Below the pieces are notes generated by a model. The model worked only from the letters and a program-made list of their open reading frames with translations. It ran no database searches and was not told the DNA's origin. Shown one piece after another: positions 44,606 through 55,160 of a stretch of 64,000 nucleotides of DNA (position 1 is the first letter of the stretch; the number at the start of each line of letters is the position of its first letter). The DNA is taken from contig JAANOX010000081.1 of assembly GCA_020184695.1 (NCBI GenBank), positions 186,001-250,000 of the forward strand, read 5' to 3'. Source of the stretch: Histomonas meleagridis 2922-C6/04-290x. Taxonomy: Eukaryota > Protista > Parabasalia. The position numbers and the translations under genes are program-made.

Positions 44606-45823
44606 ATGATATTCGCATTTTGTTATTTTTTCATTCCACAACCAAATATTTCATTCAAAGTTTTTCGCCATCAAAACAGCAATCTTTTTTTTAACGACAT
44701 AAATCAAAATAAAATTCAAGAAGTCACTGAATATTTTCATCTTCCAACATGGAAAAGGAATTATCAAGACTGCATCTCACCAAAAAGCGAAATTCGTTGT
44801 TCACAATTGCTCTTAGCATATGATACTATTCGTTTATGGGAATCAACTGTCCAAAACATAACGTTTTATGACAATCGAATTATCGATGTCCAAATGACCT
44901 GTGGCTTATGTAATTCATTATTACATGGCACAACAGGTGCAGCGTTAGCCATCTCATTAAATCGCTCATTGTTTTGTCGCCTTGATCTCAGAAAAGACGG
45001 TATATTATATCCCAAATCATTTCCAATCCAGAAGATCCCAGATAATTATTCACGTAAATCGAAGAACTCGTTCATGTTAGAGAATTGGCCTGATCCATTT
45101 AATTATAATACACTTCTAACATATGATAAGCCCATTAAGCAGACAGTTATCTTTCCGTCATTTCTTTATACGGAGCCAAACTTTAGTTATTACTTACGTA
45201 GTCATTTTGGCGGACATTTAATATATTATCTGCAAAATTATTTTATGTATTTTTCCAACTCAACGATCGATTATGTTCAAAACGAATTCAAGAAAGTACC
45301 AAAAAACTTGAAAGTTTTGGGTATACACATTAGAACTCATAGAGCAGATAAAGCATTTATAACAGATGAAACACAACTTACAAAAGTTTTGTATCCATTT
45401 CTCGATGATTATATCATCAAAGATAAGCCGTATCTATTTATAGCGGTGACACGCGAAAACTTATTTAAAATGTTCGAAGAAAAATATGGAGAAAGAGTGT
45501 TCACATCCGACGTGAAAAAGAGACCCGACGGAAGAAAGGCGGACGCAGTCAGAGACTTGGCGTGCCTGATGATGTGCGACAGAATGGTGGGGACTTACAG
45601 ATCGACGTTTTCGGTGCTGGCGGGCGCGCGAGCGTTGATGAGGCCGTACTACGTGACAATGGGTGTCGACTACGTGTTCAGATTCACGTCGTCGCAAATG
45701 GGACTGGTGGCGCCGATCGTGGACGATTTGTTGAATTGGAATTACGTGGTAAATGAAAGAGCGGTGCTAAAGGATAAGTACGAAATGGGAATGAGAGGAT
45801 TTTATTATTATTTTGTAATATAA
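44606..45823 (+). CDS. putative fucosyltransferase-like GT-B glycosyltransferase with N-terminal anchor
   Basis: Hydrophobic N-terminus; GLCNSL, VLGIHIRT, YLFIAVT, AVRDLACLMMCD.MVGTYRSTFS resemble O-FucT/NodZ/GT11-type motifs. Confidence 0.65.
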   Translation: MIFAFCYFFIPQPNISFKVFRHQNSNLFFNDINQNKIQEVTEYFHLPTWKRNYQDCISPKSEIRCSQLLLAYDTIRLWESTVQNITFYDNRIIDVQMTCGLCNSLLHGTTGAALAISLNRSLFCRLDLRKDGILYPKSFPIQKIPDNYSRKSKNSFMLENWPDPFNYNTLLTYDKPIKQTVIFPSFLYTEPNFSYYLRSHFGGHLIYYLQNYFMYFSNSTIDYVQNEFKKVPKNLKVLGIHIRTHRADKAFITDETQLTKVLYPFLDDYIIKDKPYLFIAVTRENLFKMFEEKYGERVFTSDVKKRPDGRKADAVRDLACLMMCDRMVGTYRSTFSVLAGARALMRPYYVTMGVDYVFRFTSSQMGLVAPIVDDLLNWNYVVNERAVLKDKYEMGMRGFYYYFVI

Positions 45824-46421
45824 TAAAGTAAGCTATTGTTTTTAAATGAATATGTCGTCGTGTTATAAATTGATCGACAGTCACAGGAAATATTAAGTTG
45901 TATCATAAGTACTAAGGAAAAAATTCATTAATACTTGAAGATCTTTTATAAGGTGAAAAGCATATGATTTGAATTATTGTTTGATATGATGCTTTTCATA
46001 ATTTTAGATTATTTTGATTTTACGTCTTTGTTTCGTCGTTCTATACATATTTTTTTGATTTTTTTTATATGATTACTCATATTATAAGTATAAAATGTCT
46101 AACCAATTGATAATGATTATCTAGTTCAATTTTGTACAAAATAAAAAGATATTGATGATTTAATTCTATATTTAAATATCAATCATTTATATTTATAATT
46201 TCTAAAAGAAAAATGAAATCTTACATTTACAACTTTTATATTCATAAATTTAAAATATTCATTAAAATGTTTCAAATGTGATTGAAATAATAAAGTAGTT
46301 CCGTTGCAATAGAACATATTCTATAGAATAGGGTTTTTATTTTTAGTCTGTTGAATTATTTCGAACGTTAAAAAACGTTATTAAGATTCAGAAGGTATGT
46401 TTAAATTAAAAAACTTGCAAA

Positions 46422-47606
46422 TTGCAAGCAAAAGGGAACCAAAATTTTAGTGCCTTTGTTTCTAGACATAACCAATATCTAAAAGGCGGTGGCGACAAAG
46501 CTAGGTTACTTGCTTTAGGGCAAAAATTATTTGGGAAACAGTCATCAGCAAAACCAGATCGAAAGTCATACAAAATATTACAAGCTAAAGAGTACGAGCT
46601 AACCATTCCAAAGGTTGAGAAAGAGCGCGTTCATCGTACAATTCAAAGAGCTCCTTTGCCAAACATTGAGCAACCGCCCACACCAGATCAATTTACCGAA
46701 CGGATTCTTGCAGCACAAGACAAGAACGGTGTTCTTCTTTATCGCTGTAAGTCACTAAATCGTCAAAAAAGCGCCATGGATGATCGTTATAATACATTAA
46801 TGGACAAAAGTGTTCAACAAAAAGTTCAACTCAAACACAAAATGCGCCGCCTTAAATCAGAACTTGATGAAGCATTAACCAAATCACGACCAAAGAATTC
46901 ACGAAATGCAGATTTATCTCAAAAGATGAATGAGCTCTCAGAACTTAACCAACAAATTATAGGCCGTATTAATAGCTTCAAGATCTTCAACAATAATAAT
47001 CGTGCCAATTACCAAAAAGCAGTTCTTTCCCGTTATAAGCCGCGAATGGAAAAACTTCTTGGTCAAATATATCCACATTCAGACAATTTATCATTGTTTG
47101 ATATCCATAATAAGTTCGAATCCATATCCGAGAAAATCGAAATTGAACTTCAAGAAATCGAAATTCAACTTCGAAATGAACATGATCGAAATGATCAGCT
47201 CCAAAAAGAATCACTCATCTTAAAGGAGCAAGAGAATGAGCAAAAAGAAGTCGTAAATAGAATCAAAAGTCAAAACATGAGAAGAGCTAAAGAATTGGAT
47301 TTGTTAAAAGTTATTGCGGAAAGGGAAATTCACATAATGAAAGAAGAATATGACAAAAAGTTGAATTTGTGTGACGATAGCGACGATAAGGCGGTTGAAG
47401 ATTTTGACGAGTTTGATGCGGCGCCTTCGTCCGCAAGGGCTGTGGTGGTGACAACAGGGAGAGAAAGAAGGGAAATTAAAAGATCACCTTCGCAAAAGGC
47501 ATTGTTCCAAAGAGATGCGATTTGTCCGAAAACAATCGATGTGGAAGAATGTATAGAAAAACAAAAGACAAGGCTTTTGGAAATGATAAGCCAATCAATT
47601 GTATAA
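46422..47606 (+). CDS. coiled-coil hypothetical protein (start uncertain)
   Basis: 394-codon open frame rich in K/E/Q. ATG 46397 is one base out of frame across an A6 run. Confidence 0.6.
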   Translation: MQAKGNQNFSAFVSRHNQYLKGGGDKARLLALGQKLFGKQSSAKPDRKSYKILQAKEYELTIPKVEKERVHRTIQRAPLPNIEQPPTPDQFTERILAAQDKNGVLLYRCKSLNRQKSAMDDRYNTLMDKSVQQKVQLKHKMRRLKSELDEALTKSRPKNSRNADLSQKMNELSELNQQIIGRINSFKIFNNNNRANYQKAVLSRYKPRMEKLLGQIYPHSDNLSLFDIHNKFESISEKIEIELQEIEIQLRNEHDRNDQLQKESLILKEQENEQKEVVNRIKSQNMRRAKELDLLKVIAEREIHIMKEEYDKKLNLCDDSDDKAVEDFDEFDAAPSSARAVVVTTGRERREIKRSPSQKALFQRDAICPKTIDVEECIEKQKTRLLEMISQSIV

Positions 47607-47888
47607 ATATTTTGCTTTGTTTGTAATAATGATATAAATGATTTGATTTAATTTCATTAATGAGTAAAATACTAAAAAAAAAAGAACGTAAAAGGATTAA
47701 ATGTTGTTATATGATTATGTTTTCATTAATAATATGTTGTAATAAAGAATTAAATTTTCTTCTGAAGACATGCCGATAGAACGATAAACAATGTTTCAAA
47801 TCAAAACCGTTATATTTCATAGAAATAACCTCTACGATACCTATCGTACTATTTTTTGTTTTTTGATGCTTTTTGATGCATAAACTAA

Positions 47889-48299
47889 ATGCTTCCAACG
47901 CAATCTGTAGTGGCGCACAACGAGATCAATTCCAGCACACCGCTTTTGGAGAAAAGAAGAATTATTGGCTCGCTGAGAGAAAGAACAATTTTTGTACCTG
48001 TAAATTCTCGCGCTGAAATCCCATTCAAAAATAATACCATAAATAATCAGATCTATGATTTTTCTATGTTTCTTAAAGAAATGGGCAATAGAATCAATGA
48101 TCATGTTGAACGAACACTTGATCTTCAAGAAAATATTATTGACATCAAAATCAAAGAAATTGATGATACAATATGCAAGCAACGAAATGAGCAAGTAAGA
48201 CTTGAAAGACAATTAAAGAAAATCAAGAAAACCATCATTTCCAAAAGACACAAGGCTATATTTCCCACTCCGCAAAACCAAGCACTGAATTTCCAATAA
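47889..48299 (+). CDS. small coiled-coil hypothetical protein
   Basis: 136-aa ATG ORF with heptad pattern. Confidence 0.5.
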   Translation: MLPTQSVVAHNEINSSTPLLEKRRIIGSLRERTIFVPVNSRAEIPFKNNTINNQIYDFSMFLKEMGNRINDHVERTLDLQENIIDIKIKEIDDTICKQRNEQVRLERQLKKIKKTIISKRHKAIFPTPQNQALNFQ

Positions 48300-48553
48300 G
48301 TTTAAATTTAAATTTCCCCACACCACAAATTACTCCAACTACAAATTGTAAATAAGATCCAAAACAACAAACACTCCTTTACCTGAAATTCTAACAAAGA
48401 TTTTCATTTTAAAATTCATCGGAATGATAAAACATAAATCCTTATAATAAAAAGGTTTTTGTTGATGTTTTTTAGGACTGATTAAAACATAAAAAGTCAA
48501 AAAAACGATTAAAATATTCTGAATAATAACATAACATAAACAAGCCTGGATCT

Positions 48554-49714
48554 ATGGTTCTGGCCCTGTTACTCTGCTTTTCTCAATGTACATCTGTTGA
48601 GAATCGAAACGTCATTGGCCAGAATCGGAAATTTCAAAATCATTGGGAATATGGCGGATATTCATATTTTAAAGATGGAAAATTGGTTTTAGTTCCTGGT
48701 GATAGGCTATCTAAAGGATATATCTGGTGTACGTCTAGACTTCCTGTAACAAATTGGTCGTCTACATCAACTTTTTCATTTCAAAATGATTCTAATTTCA
48801 ACCAATTTGGAATATGGATAACTTCAAATTATGGCCAAGTTGGTGATGTGTTTGGTGGACCTTCCAAATTTTCCGGCATTTCTGTGCTTTGTCGATTTCA
48901 AGATGGAATATTGAAAATTGAAGTCCGTCAAAACGACGGAACTTTATCTTTTCTTCCAATCCACTTCTATCCTGAGCATGAATTTCGTCTTATCAAACCT
49001 AAAGTTTCTATTCAAATTACAGCAACATTAAATATCGTCAAAATAAATCTTAAACATGACAACAAAGAGACCATTATTTTTGATGATCAGCCACTTGTTA
49101 ATCCTTCACACTTTTGGTTTGGCATTACATCATTTAATTCACAAGATGGCTCTCCATTAATTGTTAATTCTGTCAAGCTCACAGGGATGAAAGAACGCCT
49201 TCGCGATGACGAAATCGTAAAGCAGAAATCATCTAATAACACCGCACTCATTACTCTTAATCAACTTCTTCATTCAAATCAGACAATCAATGTTAGTCAA
49301 GTCATTGAAAGCGTTGAGTTGCTGTCTAACCATAGTCGTTCACTTGCTGGCTCCCGTTCTGTTATACTTTTGTTTCATGAGAAACTATTCGGATTTGCAG
49401 ATGCATGGACACGTCGTTCTGTCATCATTAAAAACCAAGAAAAGAACATACAGCAAACATTGCACTATTCACTGTTCGAAGTTGAACAGTTTGTGTACGA
49501 CTTCAGTAATAATGTTGAAGACGAAATGCAAAAATTCCAAAGAAAAGTGTCGGAAATTGAAATTGACGTTGCAAACGAACTTAGAGAATCAATGATCGAT
49601 GGGAAAGCAGAAGAAATAGAGAAAAGTGACTTGTTGCCAAAGATACTGTTGGCAACGGCATTTGTGGAATGCGTTTTAGCTATTGTTTTTGTAAATAAAT
49701 TGTTTTTGTGTTAG
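48554..49714 (+). CDS. legume-like (L-type) lectin, ERGIC-53/VIP36/Emp46-like
   Basis: Signal peptide; WEYGG, KGYIW, FGIW, VFGGPSKFSG, WFGITS; coiled coil; C-terminal TM. Confidence 0.75.
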   Translation: MVLALLLCFSQCTSVENRNVIGQNRKFQNHWEYGGYSYFKDGKLVLVPGDRLSKGYIWCTSRLPVTNWSSTSTFSFQNDSNFNQFGIWITSNYGQVGDVFGGPSKFSGISVLCRFQDGILKIEVRQNDGTLSFLPIHFYPEHEFRLIKPKVSIQITATLNIVKINLKHDNKETIIFDDQPLVNPSHFWFGITSFNSQDGSPLIVNSVKLTGMKERLRDDEIVKQKSSNNTALITLNQLLHSNQTINVSQVIESVELLSNHSRSLAGSRSVILLFHEKLFGFADAWTRRSVIIKNQEKNIQQTLHYSLFEVEQFVYDFSNNVEDEMQKFQRKVSEIEIDVANELRESMIDGKAEEIEKSDLLPKILLATAFVECVLAIVFVNKLFLC

Positions 49715-50168
49715 AATTAAATATTTAACTGTTTGCTTTTTGTTATTCATCGCAAATGCTTCATGTGTAACTCGAAATATTATTAAGTTATATTATTCAG
49801 TTATAAATAAGCAATTTGCTTCGAATATTATTAATCGATAATATTCTTGAGAAGAAGTTCTAATGAGAAGTCATATATAATTAATAAGTAAGAATTAATA
49901 TTAGTGTTTGTTATTAATGCATTTCACCTTTAATAAAAAGATTTATATTACATTGGTAACTTTATCTAGATTACCCATCATTAATAAATGAATTTTTTTT
50001 GTGTATTCTAATACTCTTATCATATAATCATTAATGATTTACCAAGAATATATTTATTCATCATTTTAAACAAAAACCATTTTCAAAATTAAACACAAAG
50101 CAGCAAACCACAAAATTTAATATTTTACATATAAAATTATCGCGTAATCACAAATTTTATTTATATAC

Positions 50169-51101
50169 TTAATATCCGGTTTCGAACATCGAGTCCGCGT
50201 CGATGTTGATCAGCGCAGTTACTTCTCCTTCCACGCGCGAATGCTTTGCGACGTCTCTTAGCCACGGGTGCATCAGCCCCTGCTTGGGCGTCATCCGCTC
50301 CGTTTGGCTAATCGTCAGCAGCCGCCGGATGAAGTCCTTTGCGTCACTTGACACATTTTGCCACGCATCAGATCTGAACGAAAAAATCCCGCGTATGACC
50401 CGTTGGCGAGCCCGCTGGTTGTTTGGCTGTGGAAACGGAAATCTCCCGGAGAGCATCGAATAAACGCAAACGCCAAATGACCACATGTCAACTTCGTATG
50501 AGTATGAGCGTCTTTGAAGAATCTCTGGAGCAACATATGACAGTGTTCCGAGAAACTCATTCATTCCGTTTGGAATACAACGAGTTGCAAATCCAAAATC
50601 GCTCAGTACTAATAAAGGAATTTGATCATTGGTGTTGAAAACTAAAAAGTTACAAAGCTTGATGTCCCTATGAACAACACCTTGCTTTCGGAGTTGCTTT
50701 AGAGTTTCAAGCATTGATACAACCATGACTTTACATATTGCCTCCGGAATTCCATTAGGATAATATTTTCTAATGTATGTATAAAGAGTGCCTCCAGGGG
50801 CATAAGGCATTGTAATACAGTAGAATTGCATGTATTGAAATGCATCTCTGATTTTGATAATTGTATCAATGTTAAACTCTGAAATTAATTGTACTTCATT
50901 TAATATCCTCAATTCTTTGTTTGGCTTCCTTTTGATTAGTTTAATTACAAGCTTTTCCCCAGTTAAAGGGTCTGATGTTTGAAAAACAAGAGAGTTATCT
51001 GTTATACACAAGAGAAGTTCGAGGCAATAACCATTGATTGTTGCACCGAGTGTCGGGTTATCAACTTCTGATGTATAGAATAACCCATCATCCTCAATCA
51101 T
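50169..51101 (-). CDS. CAMK-group Ser/Thr protein kinase
   Basis: VIK, VHRDIKLCN, SDFGFA, GTLSYVAPE, DMWSFG, VSSDAKDFIRRLL, HPW; glycine-rich loop is degenerate. Confidence 0.88.
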   Translation of the reverse strand: MIEDDGLFYTSEVDNPTLGATINGYCLELLLCITDNSLVFQTSDPLTGEKLVIKLIKRKPNKELRILNEVQLISEFNIDTIIKIRDAFQYMQFYCITMPYAPGGTLYTYIRKYYPNGIPEAICKVMVVSMLETLKQLRKQGVVHRDIKLCNFLVFNTNDQIPLLVLSDFGFATRCIPNGMNEFLGTLSYVAPEILQRRSYSYEVDMWSFGVCVYSMLSGRFPFPQPNNQRARQRVIRGIFSFRSDAWQNVSSDAKDFIRRLLTISQTERMTPKQGLMHPWLRDVAKHSRVEGEVTALINIDADSMFETGY

Positions 51102-51688
51102 TTGCCCACTAAAAATATAATAAAAGTGTCACGCCATTGAAAACAAAATCCGGCAAATTCAAATTCATCGTTATTTGACTGAAAAATTTATGATGCTTTT
51201 GAATAAACAAACCGACATATACAATATAGTTCTGTGTCATTTGACATGATTTGTGTGTAAAATGATCGTTTTGGGTTGGACAGGAATATAAAAAGTCGCA
51301 ATTACGACAAATGTTCATTTGCCAACTTAAACTTTCATCAATGGAAAAAATAACATAATTCGCAGCCATTTAACGTCACCAGTCAGCGGATTTTCACAAA
51401 TAACTTTTCGAAATTAGTAATATTTATTGATCAAAATTTACTTTTCCTATTGATAATGGTAAAACAGAAGTTGGTACAGAAATGTAAAATAATCCATTCT
51501 TAATATATTTATACTCAAATGATGGGGTGTAAATTGAGGCTGCATTAATTCATGTCATTTTAAGGGTATACCCAAATTCCACTTTTTGAATATCATTGAG
51601 AACGATTTTCCGGCGAATAATTTTGAATATAATGAAATTTTGCTTTAAATTTATGTTCTGTTTCCTTCATTTTTTTATTAGTCAAGGA

Positions 51689-52534
51689 ATGTCAAGTAAT
51701 AAATCAATTCAAGAAGCTAAGAGATTGATCCAAGAAAGCGATGCCGTTTTAATTGGTGCAGGGTCTGGACTTTCAGCAGCAGGAGGACTGAATTATATTG
51801 ATCCAATTTATTTCCAAACACATTATCCAGGATTTTCTAAATGTGGAGCCAAAAATTTATGGGAATGTGTTGGTCATTTTTGGGAAGTTAATAACAAAAA
51901 TTATTTACAATATTATGCATTTTGGGCCACACACATTAATAATATTCGATATCAAACTGAAGGATTACAAATCTATAAAAATCTTTATGATTTAGTAAAG
52001 AACAAAAATTACTTTGTAGCAACTACAAACACAGATGGGCAATTTTACAAATCGGGATTTGATGCTACAAAAATATTTGCAATGCAAGGAGATTATATGA
52101 ATTTCCAATGTTCTGTTCCTTGTTGTCAAGAAGTATTTAATAACAATGAAATGGTACAAAGAATGTTAAAGAATATGAACTATAAAACTATGTCAATACA
52201 AGAAAACGATGTTCCACATTGTGGAAACTTCTTAGTTCCAAATCTTCGAAAAGATGAACTCTTTGTCGAAAAGCCAAACTTTGTTAATTATCCAAATTAT
52301 ATGAAATTTTTAAGAGAAAATGAAAACAAAAAACTCGTTTTGTTGGAACTTGGTGTTGGATTTAATTCTCCTGGCGCTCTAAGAATACCATTCGAAGAAT
52401 TTGTTTATAAGATTCCTAATTTGAAACTAATCAGAATTAATCAGAATGATCCACAGTTTTTCTATCGAATCGAAAATCGCTCAATTGTTATTCAAGAAGA
52501 TTTAAATGCAACATTTCAAGAATTCATTAAATAA
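51689..52534 (+). CDS. Sir2-family protein, class M (SirTM)-like, bacterial type
   Basis: LIGAGSGLS, TTNTDGQF, QGDY (Gln at the usual catalytic His position), CSVPC, PNLR, LELGVGFNSP, RIN. Confidence 0.82.
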   Translation: MSSNKSIQEAKRLIQESDAVLIGAGSGLSAAGGLNYIDPIYFQTHYPGFSKCGAKNLWECVGHFWEVNNKNYLQYYAFWATHINNIRYQTEGLQIYKNLYDLVKNKNYFVATTNTDGQFYKSGFDATKIFAMQGDYMNFQCSVPCCQEVFNNNEMVQRMLKNMNYKTMSIQENDVPHCGNFLVPNLRKDELFVEKPNFVNYPNYMKFLRENENKKLVLLELGVGFNSPGALRIPFEEFVYKIPNLKLIRINQNDPQFFYRIENRSIVIQEDLNATFQEFIK

Positions 52535-52668
52535 AATTAAAATATTTTAATAAAAAATCGTTCCGTATATTGTTATTTTTATTTACATTTTTTTTTTTTT
52601 TTTAGAATTTTATATAAGGGAATGTGTCCATTTGAATATTTTCAAATATTGATAAGAAATATCAATTT

Positions 52669-54524
52669 TTAGAAATAAATTTTTTGTTTCTTTTTATTAG
52701 CTTCTGTGTATTGATTAAGTAATTTAACTATTTCAGTATGACCATTACTAGAAGAATAATCAAGTGCAATTCTAAATGATTTGAATAGTTTTCAAATATA
52801 ATTTTATAATATCGAATTATATAAATAAATATTGAATGTAATTCATAAATATCATTATCACTAATAGCAAATTTTTTATTTTTAAGAAGAATTTCAACTA
52901 TTTCTATATGACCATAATAAGATGCTTCAATAAGTGCTGACCAAAATATACCAAATAATTTCCAAATATTATTAAGAATTTCCACATCATTAAAATAAAA
53001 TTTATATAAAAAATTTAAACATCTTTAATATTAATATCAATTCCTTCTTGTTTAATAAGTAAATTCACTATTTCTATATTACCTTTTAAAGATGCATAAA
53101 TTAAAGCTGTTCTAAAATTATTAAATAAATTCCAAATATTATTTCAAAATATTAAATAATTCAAACAAATTCTAAACAAATAAAAAATCCATCTTTAGCA
53201 TTTATATCAATACCTTTTTGTTCAAGAAGTAATTTAACTATATCAGGGAAATTTTTAAAAGATGCATAGATAAGTGCAGTTTCAAATTATTTCATTAAAT
53301 TCCAAATAACATTTCACAACTTCAAATTAAAAAAATTTACATTAAATAAAACGAAATAATGTCTCGAGCATTTATATCAATTCCTTCTTGTTCTAAAACA
53401 TATTTTACATGTTCAATATTACCTGATTTTGATGAAAAAACTAAAATATTTTTTGGAATTGTATTTGATTTTAGGAAATGCTTTGTTAGAAATATGTTTC
53501 CAATTCTTGCTGATTCATTAATAATAACATCATTGATTTCCATTCCTGCTTCTTGTAGATAAGAAAAAATCTCAAAATTATAATATGAAACACATTTCTT
53601 TCCTAATTCTTCTAAATTATTGATTTCAACAATTTTATTTTCATAAAGATATTTAAAGATATCATTTCGATGGAATTCAATTGCAGTTTCATATGCATCT
53701 TCAAATGTTGAATGATTTTGTTCACATAAATGAATAATTTCAAGATTTCCACTTGCAACTGCATATTTTCCTGTATTATATAATGTGGAACCATTCAGAA
53801 GTAAATATTTAAAACATTTAACTGAATTAAAAAATGCTGCATAATCAATTAATGTAACATTTCTTCGATTAACAAATGAACATCTTTCATAAAGTGATGG
53901 CTTAATTCTTTGATTATAATCAAAATTTGTTTGCGATGATATTTTTTGGAGTTTTTCTATATCATCACTTCGAATTATTTTGGTAATTTTATTATGATTA
54001 ACTCCTTCTTTAATTAATTTTTTATGAAGTTCGAAATTATTTCTTTGGAGTTCTTTAATGTTTTGTTTGAAATATTCGAAAAAATTTTCATTTTCTATTT
54101 CTTCTTTTGACATATAATGTATAAAATATTGTTTATTTTTCCCTTTTACTATTTTTGAATCAAGTAAATTATGCTCAATTAAAATATCAAGAAGATAATA
54201 TGATTCAAGTGTGCCTTTATTAAGAAGAAAGCGAATAAGTACGTCGAAAATATTTGAATTACTTCTTTTATTCTGCTCATGTGATTCAATCTCTTTCATA
54301 AAATTAAAATATAAATCAAAATCTTTCATTCGTATAACACAAATATTATATATCAATTGAATAACAGTTGTATTAAAGGAAATTGGATAAAGATCATCAA
54401 ATTTTGTTATTAATAAATTAATTGATTCATTAATATTTCCCTGGTTTAAACTAAAAATAATCTGTTTTGCTGATTGAGCTATTTCCCATTCATTTTGCAA
54501 TTCTTGAAAATTTTGTTTTTTCAT
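52669..54524 (-). CDS. DUF3447-type ankyrin protein, locus F; about 527 aa after removing spacers from 4 linkers
   Basis: ATG 54524 (MKKQNFQ), LIDYAAFFNSVKCFKYL motif, three internal 93-nt blocks, final block ending KQKIYF-TAA (52671-52669). Confidence 0.8.
52774..53360 (-). repeat. ankyrin unit array with four 77-nt spacer/codon linkers
   Basis: Linkers at 53360-53284, 53190-53114, 53020-52944, 52850-52774. Confidence 0.92.
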
Positions 54525-55160
54525 GACAAGGTTCAAAAATGATGTGATAAAACGTTTATTTTTCTGAATGGTTAACGGTCGTGTTTGTACGTTAATGCAT
54601 TTTATTCTGTTATTAGCATTATATTGTTGTCTACATATAATATAATTTAAAGCTGTTTGAGTTGGGTGTATTCTAAATTCATAAAAAAATATTCGCATAG
54701 CAAATTTTTTGAAAGCTTTCAAACAAGCAATAACAAAGAATATTCCATAATAAATACAGTTTAAACTTTCGGAATGGCAGAGCAGGCCTGCTCCGATTTT
54801 GTCTGCTTATGAGGAGCCTTCAACGTCGAAAACAACAGAGCAGACAAAAGCCACTTTTGAAATCGTGAAAGACCAAATGAAAACAGAAAAAACCATTAAC
54901 AAAATGAAAATATTTTTATTTTGTTCTCATAAAACACAGTTGGACAAGAAAATTTTATAATAAAATTAAAATATGAATGAAATCTATCTAAATAATCGAA
55001 CACTTCCAAAGCATCAGCTGACAGCCTGTCAGAAATATTGAATAAAACCGAAACGTTTGGCGGAAATTGAAAGGTTCAAACAAAGCTTGTGAAAACACCG
55101 AAATTTGTCTTAGTAAAAAGGTTAAAAAAACTATTTTAAAGAGAATAGGCATATGATTCT

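Noticed and set aside
46395-46428. GTATGT...AAG as a short intron at the start of the coiled-coil gene
   Set aside because: No branch motif and no upstream ATG exon; a one-base error in the A6 run explains the frame more simply.
9953-54524. Ankyrin arrays as simple pseudogenes, CRISPR-like arrays or a reassigned genetic code
   Set aside because: Coding blocks are stop-free and indel-free, unlike the real pseudogenes here. No cas genes or unique-spacer repeats. Conserved genes end at TAA/TAG/TGA normally and the linkers shift frame, which codon reassignment cannot fix.
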